A stretch of 54,193 nucleotides of DNA, taken from positions 1 to 54,193 of IMG/VR virus record IMGVR_UViG_3300045988_021171; one strand, given 5' to 3'. The translations under genes and the position numbers were made by a program. Positions 18,485-26,339 of the stretch are shown one piece after another. How positions within the stretch are numbered: position 1 is the stretch's first letter; each line of letters opens with the position of its first letter. The notes under the pieces were generated by a model that saw only the letters and a program-made list of their open reading frames with translations, had not been told where the DNA came from and ran no database searches. Source of the stretch: a virus.

Positions 18485-20180
18485 CTTCAATCTCCTGTTC
18501 GTCTAGTTCTTGTGCTAATTGAGGCAATGCTCCTGCGGTAACTTCATCAAGTTGTGCTTGTTCTTCTAGGATACGGTTCCATTCTTTGTCCGCTTGTTCC
18601 TTCTTACTAAATTCTTCAATGTAGGCTTGGTGACTACGTACATTAGTTTGAACTTCATTTAGCGCAACTTGACGAGCTGATACTTCGTCACTTGGTAGTG
18701 GGTATTTATGTTCAATTGATAGTGTAGTTAAGGTAGAGTAGCTACGTTTAATTTCGTCAGGTAACCCACCTAGGTCTACATTTACTTTAGCTAAAATTTC
18801 TTCAATCATTGATACCATCCACTGAATAGCTGAATCCCATTCAACCCACTTGGAATCACAACGGCTCATAAGGTCGTAGAATAGGAACTGCATAGCGATT
18901 CCTGAAGGAGCGTTCTGAACTTTTTCAGGCAATGGTTGGTCCATTAGTTCGTACATTGACTTCTTCGCTTCATCTAAATAGTATTGAGCGGCTGGTAGGA
19001 AATTAAATGTTCCAGAAATAGTAGTAACTTGTGCTTGTCTAGCTGAACCTGAACCTCCGATTGCCGCAGTATGGTCTGACTTAATGTCTACTAAAGCATT
19101 AGGGGCAATCTTCATTCCTTTTAAGGACTGACTTGAACCATCAATGACCACAGGTTGTTCGAACATTTTAAACTTTAGTGCGTCACGTAAGTCTGATACT
19201 GTTCGGTTATAGTTGTCCCCAATTGTAATAAGGTCCTTCACGTCACTTGAACCATAAATGTCGTTCGTTAAAGGTTCATTTAGAATGACCCGACATGGAA
19301 TCTCTGACAGGCCAGTTGGCGCAGATTCTTGTACAGTCAATGGTACTTCGACAGGATTACCTAAATTGTCTGTAATTTGAATCAATTTAGCTTCTGTCTT
19401 TTTAATAGTAGTAGTTCCTTCTTCTGTGACGTAGATTTGATTCGCTTCTCCGTCTGTTAGTGTATATGTTAGCCAGCATTCTTCTTCATCTTCTTTTAGC
19501 GCATCCGCAATTCCAGATTCAGAAACTCCTGCTTTCATTTCATAACGATAGTGGTGCCATAGTTGAGACTCTGCTTCCATACCCTTGGTACGTTCATCTT
19601 GGTACACAATGTCTACCGCTAACAGACGTGACGGGTCTTTAGGGTCTACGATGTAAGTAAACTGCGGCATAGAGTAGAACTGAACATCAATCTCCTGTCC
19701 CTCATTACCTAATACTAACATTAGAACACGTTTTCCTACTGTAGCATCTACTAAAGCATTTGCTGCTTTTGACCAGAACTTAGCTTTATTTAGAATATCG
19801 TCAAATAGGATACGTTTATGCTCAGCCGCCTTGTCTTGACTCTGAACAAGTGGGTTGAAGGTTAGTTCAGGTTCATTACCCATCATGAAACGTGCTTGCT
19901 TTTTAATCAGCTGTTTCACAAAGTTACGAATCTCGCGAGTAGGGACATAATCCAATCCCTCTTCCTTAATCTTCCATGTCTGTCCATAGTCACTATTCAT
20001 ATCAGTAACATCGAACCCATCGAAGTATTGATAATACTTCTCAACCTCCTGAAGTTCTTTCTTGAACTTTACATTCTGCGCTAAGGGACTTTGAAAAGCC
20101 TGACTTAGGACCTCGTCGGTATGAGAAATAGCTTTAGATTTTTTAGCCATTTGTAATTCCTCCTTATTAGTATTATACAC
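18390..20180 (-). CDS. Portal protein (SPP1 gp6-like)
   Basis: 596 aa, directly downstream of terL, with an acidic C-terminal tail. Its size and position are typical of siphovirus portal proteins. Confidence 0.8.
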   Translation of the reverse strand: MYNTNKEELQMAKKSKAISHTDEVLSQAFQSPLAQNVKFKKELQEVEKYYQYFDGFDVTDMNSDYGQTWKIKEEGLDYVPTREIRNFVKQLIKKQARFMMGNEPELTFNPLVQSQDKAAEHKRILFDDILNKAKFWSKAANALVDATVGKRVLMLVLGNEGQEIDVQFYSMPQFTYIVDPKDPSRLLAVDIVYQDERTKGMEAESQLWHHYRYEMKAGVSESGIADALKEDEEECWLTYTLTDGEANQIYVTEEGTTTIKKTEAKLIQITDNLGNPVEVPLTVQESAPTGLSEIPCRVILNEPLTNDIYGSSDVKDLITIGDNYNRTVSDLRDALKFKMFEQPVVIDGSSQSLKGMKIAPNALVDIKSDHTAAIGGSGSARQAQVTTISGTFNFLPAAQYYLDEAKKSMYELMDQPLPEKVQNAPSGIAMQFLFYDLMSRCDSKWVEWDSAIQWMVSMIEEILAKVNVDLGGLPDEIKRSYSTLTTLSIEHKYPLPSDEVSARQVALNEVQTNVRSHQAYIEEFSKKEQADKEWNRILEEQAQLDEVTAGALPQLAQELDEQEIEDEQERPEETNEEASGPEHKDEHDGEDVERDI

Positions 20181-20201
20181 CTTTATTCACTAAATTGTTT
20201 A
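20172..20201 (-). promoter_or_regulatory. Conserved class-II promoter-like motif upstream of the portal gene
   Basis: Minus strand: TAAACA-atttagtgaataaaGGTG-TATAAT (18-nt spacer). It is one of seven copies of this motif. Confidence 0.45.
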
Positions 20202-21587
20202 CGCCCTTGCGCCTTTTCCGGATAACACTTGAATTTCAAAACCGAAGTCATCGTTAATAAGTGCGTCAGTTAGACAGGCATATCTGTTACGGTCCATACA
20301 GTGGTCAAACTCTTTTACAACTTGGTCCACACCCCGCTCACTAGCCTTATTGTCCCAGCTATATGCATAGTACTCATCTATGTCGTGCGTGTTACTTGGG
20401 TCTAATGTAAAACGATTTTCATTTAATAGCTCGGCGTGGAATGAAATACCTAAGTTCACATCGTTCCGCGCAGGTATGATTGGAATTTGTTTTCGAACAA
20501 TATATGGATGCTTTTGTAGTTCAACTATCATAGCTGACGCTGAAGGGTCTAATATAATGTATTCAATGTCGTACCCACGTATCATCTTCACTAAATCATT
20601 AGCATATTCTTTTGTGGTCTTTTGTAAGACGTTCGAAAATGTACTATTAGAATTAATGTCAGCTTCTGTTAACTGTTGTTCAGCCTCGCGACCTGAATGG
20701 TAATAAGATTCAATGAGATGATAGTGACGCAGACGTTTCGAATATCCATACACGCCAAAGGTTGTCGCATTATAGATACCAAAGTCTCCTGCTACAAAGA
20801 TACGGTCAAAGCCTATGTTCAGTTCTTGTACATGCTGTTCTTCATTGAACATTGAATACACTAATCCATCTGCTGTTACCCATAGACCTAATATGAATCT
20901 TTTACGGAAGACTCCAGCATACATCTTTTCATACCGCGCTTTGATTGCGGGACTGAGACTTGGATTGTCATTCATCGTGAAATGTAAGTACAGGATTCTT
21001 TTCACGACCGCCTTATCTATCCACTCTTTCTTGAAGTAGTGATTCGGGTTACCTGGGTTACAGCTGAACCACATTTTCGAACCTAATACTGAACACCGTC
21101 CAGTAGCTTGGTTTACGAATGACTGAGGCATGAGTGCTACTTCATCACAGAATATACCTGCTAGTGTCATACCTTGGATAAGGTCTTGACTTGATTCATC
21201 TTTCCCACCGAAGATATAGAAGTAGTTAATAACTTCCTTATCTCCGTCCATTCTAGCTATGACTAATAGATTTTCATTTCGGATATCTTCTATTCTGTAT
21301 CCGCGACTCGATAGCATTTGCTTCAGAGGCTGAACTACGTTACGACGAGCTGAGTGAATAGTCTTACCACAGATAGCAAAGTTCTGTCCATTGAAATCAT
21401 TCATCGCCCAAAGGACAAAAGACAGTCCCATTGATACAGTTTTACCTGAACGAATTGAACCATCAGCAATGACCACATCGAAGTCTTTATAAGGAGAGTT
21501 ATCTGTCCACCAAGTGAGTAGCTGAAGTTGTTTCTTACTAAATGGTACGAAGTTAAACTTCTGTACTTTGTTTCTTAGTCTACCCAT
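20199..21587 (-). CDS. terL: Terminase large subunit
   Basis: 462 aa with Walker A ADGSIRSGKT and Walker B-like IFCDEVALM. The C-terminal nuclease half carries acidic motifs. It lies upstream of the portal gene. Confidence 0.9.
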   Translation of the reverse strand: MGRLRNKVQKFNFVPFSKKQLQLLTWWTDNSPYKDFDVVIADGSIRSGKTVSMGLSFVLWAMNDFNGQNFAICGKTIHSARRNVVQPLKQMLSSRGYRIEDIRNENLLVIARMDGDKEVINYFYIFGGKDESSQDLIQGMTLAGIFCDEVALMPQSFVNQATGRCSVLGSKMWFSCNPGNPNHYFKKEWIDKAVVKRILYLHFTMNDNPSLSPAIKARYEKMYAGVFRKRFILGLWVTADGLVYSMFNEEQHVQELNIGFDRIFVAGDFGIYNATTFGVYGYSKRLRHYHLIESYYHSGREAEQQLTEADINSNSTFSNVLQKTTKEYANDLVKMIRGYDIEYIILDPSASAMIVELQKHPYIVRKQIPIIPARNDVNLGISFHAELLNENRFTLDPSNTHDIDEYYAYSWDNKASERGVDQVVKEFDHCMDRNRYACLTDALINDDFGFEIQVLSGKGARA

Positions 21588-21595
21588 GTGACCTC

Positions 21596-21811
21596 CTAGA
21601 AGTTGATATCTTTAAAGTCGTGACTAACTAATTCTAACGCACCTAATAGTTGTAACTTACTTTTGGCGGAATGACAAGAGAATATTTCTCCATTCTTTAT
21701 TCCTATTATAAGTAAAGAATCATATTCCATTTCACGGGCCTCATCTAATAATGAATCTATTTCAGTGCGCGTGCGTTTGTTTTCTTGTTCAGTTATATGA
21801 TGTATTTTCAT
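21596..21811 (-). CDS. Hypothetical protein between terS and terL
   Basis: 71-aa ORF with RBS aggaggtcac context downstream. No motif. Confidence 0.4.
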   Translation of the reverse strand: MKIHHITEQENKRTRTEIDSLLDEAREMEYDSLLIIGIKNGEIFSCHSAKSKLQLLGALELVSHDFKDINF

Positions 21812-22045
21812 CTAGCTACCTCTTTCTAATATATACTTCGGCGCGTGTTCCCCTTCGTTTAGCTTTGCTGCTTCTTTAGGGTTAATGAGGAATCTTCCGT
21901 ACGCTTCTACTTCTATATAATTAGGACCTACATGAGTAATGACTCCAGGTTCTGTTCTAGTCTTGCGAGGCGGTCTAGGATAGATTACTACAATAGTAAA
22001 TACTAGAATAACAATTCCCCAAATGAACATTTCTTTCTTAGTCAT
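21812..22045 (-). CDS. Hypothetical small membrane protein between terS and terL
   Basis: 77 aa with an N-terminal TM helix (MFIWGIVILVFTIVVIY). It overlaps terS by 8 nt. Confidence 0.4.
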   Translation of the reverse strand: MTKKEMFIWGIVILVFTIVVIYPRPPRKTRTEPGVITHVGPNYIEVEAYGRFLINPKEAAKLNEGEHAPKYILERGS

Positions 22046-22775
22046 TGTCAGCCTCCTGATTAGATACTTCCTTTATATAAGCTCCTGTTTCGTTAGCGAA
22101 GTCTTTCCATACAGCTTTTGCTGCATTGTCTAAAGCTTCTACAAAGTTATCACGTACCTCTTCTTCAGTATCTCCATCGCCCATCTTCTTACGCAATAAG
22201 GTAATCTTTTCACGTTCGATTTGAAGTCGATATTGAACTTCTGCCGGTATCATACCATTAGCTCTTTCCTGTCCAGCCTGTGCGCGGTCTATGATGTTAG
22301 ACAGTACATCTAACGCACCCCATCTAAGTTCTCCTTTATTAGTCATAAGGTACTTATCTGGGTTATCTAATGCCATTTCTATAATGTTCATTAGCTTCTC
22401 CCACGCCGCATGGTATTTAATGTTCACTGACACTTTAAAACCTGCGTACATCTGGGTCAGTGTATCGTTAGTTACTAATGACTTCTCATCGTCGAACTGT
22501 TTCTTTAACTTCACCCACTTACCTTTTGAGCGCAAGATTTCTACTGTTGTTTTAGAGACACCATAACGATGAGCAATCTCTGCCACATCCATACCTCTAA
22601 TAAACTCAAGCTTCATTCTTTCGTTACGTTCCTGCTTACTAAGTTTAATTCCTTTATAATCAAACTCAATGACCTCGTCTAATTCTACACGCGCCTTTTG
22701 CTTCACTGGTTTCCGTCCAGGCTTCTTGCGCGAAGTACGTTTCTTTGTCTTAGGTCCATTAGGTACATCAGTCAT
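22038..22775 (-). CDS. terS: Terminase small subunit
   Basis: 245 aa, the first gene of the late block. It has a basic N-terminus and an HTH (MDVAEIAHRYGVSKTTVEILRSKGKW). terL follows after two small ORFs. Confidence 0.65.
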   Translation of the reverse strand: MTDVPNGPKTKKRTSRKKPGRKPVKQKARVELDEVIEFDYKGIKLSKQERNERMKLEFIRGMDVAEIAHRYGVSKTTVEILRSKGKWVKLKKQFDDEKSLVTNDTLTQMYAGFKVSVNIKYHAAWEKLMNIIEMALDNPDKYLMTNKGELRWGALDVLSNIIDRAQAGQERANGMIPAEVQYRLQIEREKITLLRKKMGDGDTEEEVRDNFVEALDNAAKAVWKDFANETGAYIKEVSNQEADND

Positions 22776-22806
22776 CTATTTACCCCTTTCAAATTCTTTC
22801 TACTAT

Positions 22807-22836
22807 ATTATACACCATTTACATAAGAAACTAAAG
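22807..22836 (-). promoter_or_regulatory. Late-operon promoter-like motif (GGTG-TATAAT) lacking a good -35
   Basis: Minus strand: aaatGGTGTATAAT, 31 nt before the terS ATG. The -35 position reads TTTAGT/CTTTAG, a poor match. Confidence 0.4.
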
Positions 22837-22867
22837 TAGTGAGTAATAACTGAATCCGATAAAGAAT

Positions 22868-23026
22868 GTTCGGAAATTTTAAATAAGCATTCTCGAACTT
22901 TCGAACTTATTTTAAACTAGTTTTCGAACTTTCGAACTTATTTTCCAGGCGTTTCGAACTTTCGAACTTTTGTTCAGAAGTCAGTTTCGAACCGGTTCGG
23001 AAATATGGTTCAGATCTTCGAACTTC
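22868..23026. repeat. Array of TTCGAAC boxes: three phased double boxes plus a palindrome and single boxes
   Basis: tctcgaactttcgaactta (22891), tttcgaactttcgaactta (22922) and tttcgaactttcgaacttt (22952) are spaced 30-31 bp apart. They are followed by tttcgaaccggttcggaaa (22985), cttcgaactt (23017) and gttcggaaa (22868). Confidence 0.85.
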
Positions 23027-23441
23027 CCACTAAATACGCAATAATTCAGGAATGACCTAAGTCTGTAGACCCTTCTGTACCAACTATTTTGGGACGTTTT
23101 GTAAGTTGGTTTGTGGAAGTCCCTTTTTCGTTACCGTTTGCTTATATCTTTAGTCTAAATTGTCTCTAGTCTATGTGTCTTGTTTCTAGTTCTATTCCTT
23201 GTATAGTTACTATTACTATTGGGTTTTATTGTAGATAGTTCGGAAAGTGCATTTCCTGCGCGCATTGATTTTCCTTATTGTATAAAGGCTTCTAAAAGGT
23301 TTTGGTATTGTTATGTATTTAGTTAGTTTATAAGAAGTATTCGGTCACTTTCGGCGCATTTTCGGCGATTTTTATGCGTTTTCTTTTGCAAAATAAATTC
23401 AAAAAAAGTTCAATATTTTCGAATATTTCGAGATTTATCGG

Positions 23442-23470
23442 TTGTGTATTACCGGGTAATATGTTATACT
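23442..23470 (+). promoter_or_regulatory. Early promoter (rightward) with 13-bp palindromic box in the spacer
   Basis: TTGTGT-attaccgggtaatatgt-TATACT with a 17-nt spacer that contains ATTACCGGGTAAT, and an A/T-rich upstream element. It is part of an inverted repeat with 52882-52997. Confidence 0.65.
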
Positions 23471-23509
23471 TAATGTGTAAGTTAGAAATACGAAAAAGAG
23501 GTATAAACA

Positions 23510-23746
23510 ATGAAACTTTCAAAACTACAAGATACATTCACTAATGAATACCTAATTGTTATTGATAGTGAGGGGGCAGAAGTATTACTTCGAGGTACCC
23601 AATATCAAGTGTTCAATTCAAGTAACTTTTCGAACTATTTATTAGATTTCGAAGTACTAAAGGTAGAAAAATTATCTGAACGTACATTAAAAGAATGGGG
23701 ATTAGAAACTATTAATCCTGCTTATGTTATTACTTTAGATAAGTAA
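23510..23746 (+). CDS. Hypothetical early protein
   Basis: 78 aa with RBS aaagagg 8 nt upstream. It is the first gene of the plus-strand early block. Confidence 0.55.
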   Translation: MKLSKLQDTFTNEYLIVIDSEGAEVLLRGTQYQVFNSSNFSNYLLDFEVLKVEKLSERTLKEWGLETINPAYVITLDK

Positions 23747-23764
23747 TTAGGGGGGGTAAATAGA

Positions 23765-24094
23765 ATGGATATTATTGTACAAGGTTCGAATACTTTCTAT
23801 CCGGCGCAATTTATTACAGGGGATTATCAGGTATGGAATATCCCCTCCATTGGCGAAGGATGTGTACCATTGTTTCAGAGTTTAGGTAGCTATACAGTTA
23901 ATCCAAGAACACTGAAGTACATTAAAGTTGAACCAGCAGAAGCTAAATGGCTTCGATTAGCCGCTAGTTATGGGATGCGTACATTAGAACAATGTCGTAA
24001 AATAATGAACGCTCCTGCAAGAGGTCGAGTAACTGTTCGGAAGAAACATATCGCTGAACAAGTTATTCCAATTTTCGAAGAATATACAAAATAG
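23765..24094 (+). CDS. Hypothetical early protein
   Basis: 109 aa with RBS aggggggg upstream. No motif. Confidence 0.55.
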   Translation: MDIIVQGSNTFYPAQFITGDYQVWNIPSIGEGCVPLFQSLGSYTVNPRTLKYIKVEPAEAKWLRLAASYGMRTLEQCRKIMNAPARGRVTVRKKHIAEQVIPIFEEYTK

Positions 24095-24107
24095 AAAGAG
24101 GTATCCC

Positions 24108-24281
24108 ATGTTAATTTTTGACCGTGCAAATAATCAAGCTCCTATGACGTTCGCGGACCGTCAGGTTCAGGAAAACAAAGTTAGTAAAATTGAAGAAGCT
24201 AACTATTACCAACATTTAGCTAATAAGTTCGGAAGTTCGAGCTGTTTAGCTTACGCACATCAGTTAATTAAGGAGGTATAA
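24108..24281 (+). CDS. Hypothetical small early protein (57 aa, below the ORF-track cutoff)
   Basis: Hand-translated MLIFDRANNQAPMTFADRQVQENKVSKIEEANYYQHLANKFGSSSCLAYAHQLIKEV, with RBS aaagagg upstream. It fills the gap between listed ORFs. Confidence 0.45.
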   Translation: MLIFDRANNQAPMTFADRQVQENKVSKIEEANYYQHLANKFGSSSCLAYAHQLIKEV

Positions 24282-24283
24282 CA

Positions 24284-24442
24284 ATGGACGAGTCAGATAT
24301 CGTAGCCACCCAATTGGTTCTAGGTAAGCAAGTTTTAGAAATTATTATTGATTTATTAACGAATGAAAAACGACTTGGGACAGTTTTGTCTCTAAGCGTA
24401 AATGAGCAAGATTTTAAAATTACAGTAGAGAAAGAGGTTTAA
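24284..24442 (+). CDS. Hypothetical small early protein (52 aa, below the ORF-track cutoff)
   Basis: Hand-translated MDESDIVATQLVLGKQVLEIIIDLLTNEKRLGTVLSLSVNEQDFKITVEKEV, with a strong RBS aaggagg 7 nt upstream. Its stop lies 1 nt before the next ATG. Confidence 0.5.
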   Translation: MDESDIVATQLVLGKQVLEIIIDLLTNEKRLGTVLSLSVNEQDFKITVEKEV

Positions 24443-24443
24443 T

Positions 24444-24686
24444 ATGTACCCATACATGAAGAGAAGAATTAGAATTGACCGTGTTATTTATTCAATTACT
24501 ACACTTGCCACACTTTGTGCATTCGGTATTCTAATATTTACCCTTGTTACAATTCGGGACGAACGTCAGCGTCTAGATTACCGTTTACATAACCTAGAAT
24601 CCAAAGTAGTTCAATTAGAAGAAGTGGTAAAATACCAAGGGAAGGAAATTGTAGAGTTAAAACAACCTACAGCGGTACAGGAATAA
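24444..24686 (+). CDS. Small membrane protein with C-terminal coiled coil
   Basis: 80 aa with a TM helix (VIYSITTLATLCAFGILIFTLVTI) and then RLDYRLHNLESKVVQLEEVVKYQ. Confidence 0.5.
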   Translation: MYPYMKRRIRIDRVIYSITTLATLCAFGILIFTLVTIRDERQRLDYRLHNLESKVVQLEEVVKYQGKEIVELKQPTAVQE

Positions 24687-25309
24687 TGGCTAAGAATAAG
24701 AAACGTAAACCTCATAGAACTAGACCGGCTACGGTCGTACGAGATATTCCATCCATTCTATATAGAAAGATTACTTGTAAGTATTTAGCTAATATGGATA
24801 CATTTCAGGTATATGTAGACATGATTATGAATGGAACTGTTCTGCGCCTGTTAGGGAACATTGACCCGAACTTGAGTTATACTGAAGGAATTCGAATCTT
24901 TACCAAAACTCCTCAGCCTTGGATGACCTGTACTGAACTTCAAGTTAGTAAAAGACACGCGCCCGGACTGTTTTCTGTACTTACTGCCTACTCTCACACT
25001 ATCGGAGACTTGTTAGACGAGGGGTGTCCAGAAGACGAGCTAATGGAAGGTATTGTCTATAAGGACGATAGATTGTTCACTGATTTAGAATGTGTTCAAT
25101 TGTTCAAACACAAGAAGAAGTTCGAAAAACTACAATGTCCAAAATGCAAGTCTATGGAAATTGGATGTACATTTAAGTACCCAGGAGTGTTTACTATTAA
25201 TCAATTTGGTGATAAGCTAAATGTACCTGAACCTGTTCCTAGCGGCAAATTTTGGAGATGTTTAGATTGTAACACGGTAGTGAAAGAATTGGGGGATGGA
25301 GAATGGTAG
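24686..25309 (+). CDS. Hypothetical early protein with C-terminal zinc-ribbon
   Basis: 207 aa with a basic N-terminus (KNKKRKPHRTRP) and CPKCKS...CLDCNT (CxxC...CxxC). It has a TAATG overlap with the upstream gene. Confidence 0.5.
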   Translation: MAKNKKRKPHRTRPATVVRDIPSILYRKITCKYLANMDTFQVYVDMIMNGTVLRLLGNIDPNLSYTEGIRIFTKTPQPWMTCTELQVSKRHAPGLFSVLTAYSHTIGDLLDEGCPEDELMEGIVYKDDRLFTDLECVQLFKHKKKFEKLQCPKCKSMEIGCTFKYPGVFTINQFGDKLNVPEPVPSGKFWRCLDCNTVVKELGDGEW

Positions 25310-25509
25310 GAAGTATTAAAGACCTAAAGGACGTGAACTTACTTCGTAATGATATGGAGTTCCTGTTAACAAGTGACGGTATTGGGTGCGTGGGCATAGA
25401 CACTAGCCTACTTCCTGTCGTAGTTCTAAATGGTAAGGCGTATCAGTTTACTCGACAAGAATTAATTGACTTCGCTTACGAGCAGCTTGTAAATAATTCG
25501 AACAAATAA
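25303..25509 (+). CDS. Hypothetical early protein
   Basis: 68 aa, the last plus-strand gene, ending at the bidirectional terminator. Confidence 0.45.
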   Translation: MVGSIKDLKDVNLLRNDMEFLLTSDGIGCVGIDTSLLPVVVLNGKAYQFTRQELIDFAYEQLVNNSNK

Positions 25510-25539
25510 AAAAGACCTGAGAGGGGTCTTTTTATTTTT
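25508..25539. terminator. Bidirectional rho-independent terminator between convergent blocks
   Basis: aaaaagacc-tgagagg-ggtcttttt, flanked by an A-run and a T-run. It lies between the convergent stops at 25509 (+) and 25532 (-). Confidence 0.8.
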
Positions 25540-25810
25540 GCTCCGATTGCAACTTGGTAAGGTAATTAGCTAAATCTAGTGCTTCCTCCTTAGCATGCTG
25601 TAAAAAGTCATCTGCGTGGTTCTCATGTAGTGTAGTACCGTACTTATTAACACCTACACGGCTACGAGAAATTAGTTCAATTACTGTCTTCAGTACAATA
25701 GGGTCTAGATTAGTTACATCTAGGTAAGTACTGTTTACCCCGTCTAACTCATACTGGCGTAATTGACCTTGCTCGTCTATTACTAATAAACACTTCTGGT
25801 TATCTGTCAT
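25532..25810 (-). CDS. Hypothetical protein (last gene of the early/middle block)
   Basis: 92 aa with an ATGA overlap to the upstream gene. The C-terminal helix HADDFLQHAKEEALDLANYLTKL is not diagnostic. Confidence 0.45.
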   Translation of the reverse strand: MTDNQKCLLVIDEQGQLRQYELDGVNSTYLDVTNLDPIVLKTVIELISRSRVGVNKYGTTLHENHADDFLQHAKEEALDLANYLTKLQSEQK

Positions 25811-26148
25811 ATGTCCTCCTTTTGGTCCCTAAGTAACCTTTTAAATGCTTTAACATCCATAGCTATATACTGCTCTTGTCCGTCCCCGAAGTCAAATACT
25901 ACTGCGGAATAATCTTTCTTACTGGCGAACCGTTCCTGCTCATTCTTTTCGAACCATTCTTTCTTAACAGTAATGGAACGTTGAGGTTTCATAACAGTCT
26001 TACATTCAATTAGCATGTTGTCTGTCATGACGTCCCCTTTATAGAAATCAGTTGCTCCACTATTGGGCTGGACACGTCCACCTAATTCACGCGCAATTTG
26101 CTTCTCCTGTCGCGAACTAGCTCTTCTAGTCGGTATACCCTTCCTCAT
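25807..26148 (-). CDS. Small PD-(D/E)XK-type nuclease, resolvase-like
   Basis: 113 aa. EKQIARELGGRVQPNSGATDFYKGDVMTDNMLIECKT matches the G..SGA...KGD(V)...(I/L)E.K pattern of small phage Holliday-junction-resolvase-like nucleases. Confidence 0.55.
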   Translation of the reverse strand: MRKGIPTRRASSRQEKQIARELGGRVQPNSGATDFYKGDVMTDNMLIECKTVMKPQRSITVKKEWFEKNEQERFASKKDYSAVVFDFGDGQEQYIAMDVKAFKRLLRDQKEDI

Positions 26149-26339
26149 AGCATTACCGTTAAATACCAGCCGGTAATTACGAGAATAAGGGTACTACAGA
26201 ATAGTCCTGTTACCACTGCTACTGGATTTATATCTGCACCTCTATCTAATAACGGTAGACGTAGTAGTGCGTATAATGCACTTAACGCACTGGCTAGAAA
26301 TAAGATAATGCTAACGCCTTTAATTAATGCAGTTACCAT
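26145..26339 (-). CDS. Small two-TM membrane protein
   Basis: 64 aa with two hydrophobic helices (IILFLASALSALYALL and VTGLFCSTLILVITGWYL). Confidence 0.45.
   Translation of the reverse strand: MVTALIKGVSIILFLASALSALYALLRLPLLDRGADINPVAVVTGLFCSTLILVITGWYLTVML

Noticed and set aside
23328-23537. A 69-aa minus-strand ORF lies in the control region.
   Set aside because: It overlaps the rightward early promoter and the start of the first plus-strand gene. It has no RBS and a low-complexity hydrophobic sequence. The region is better explained as regulatory DNA.
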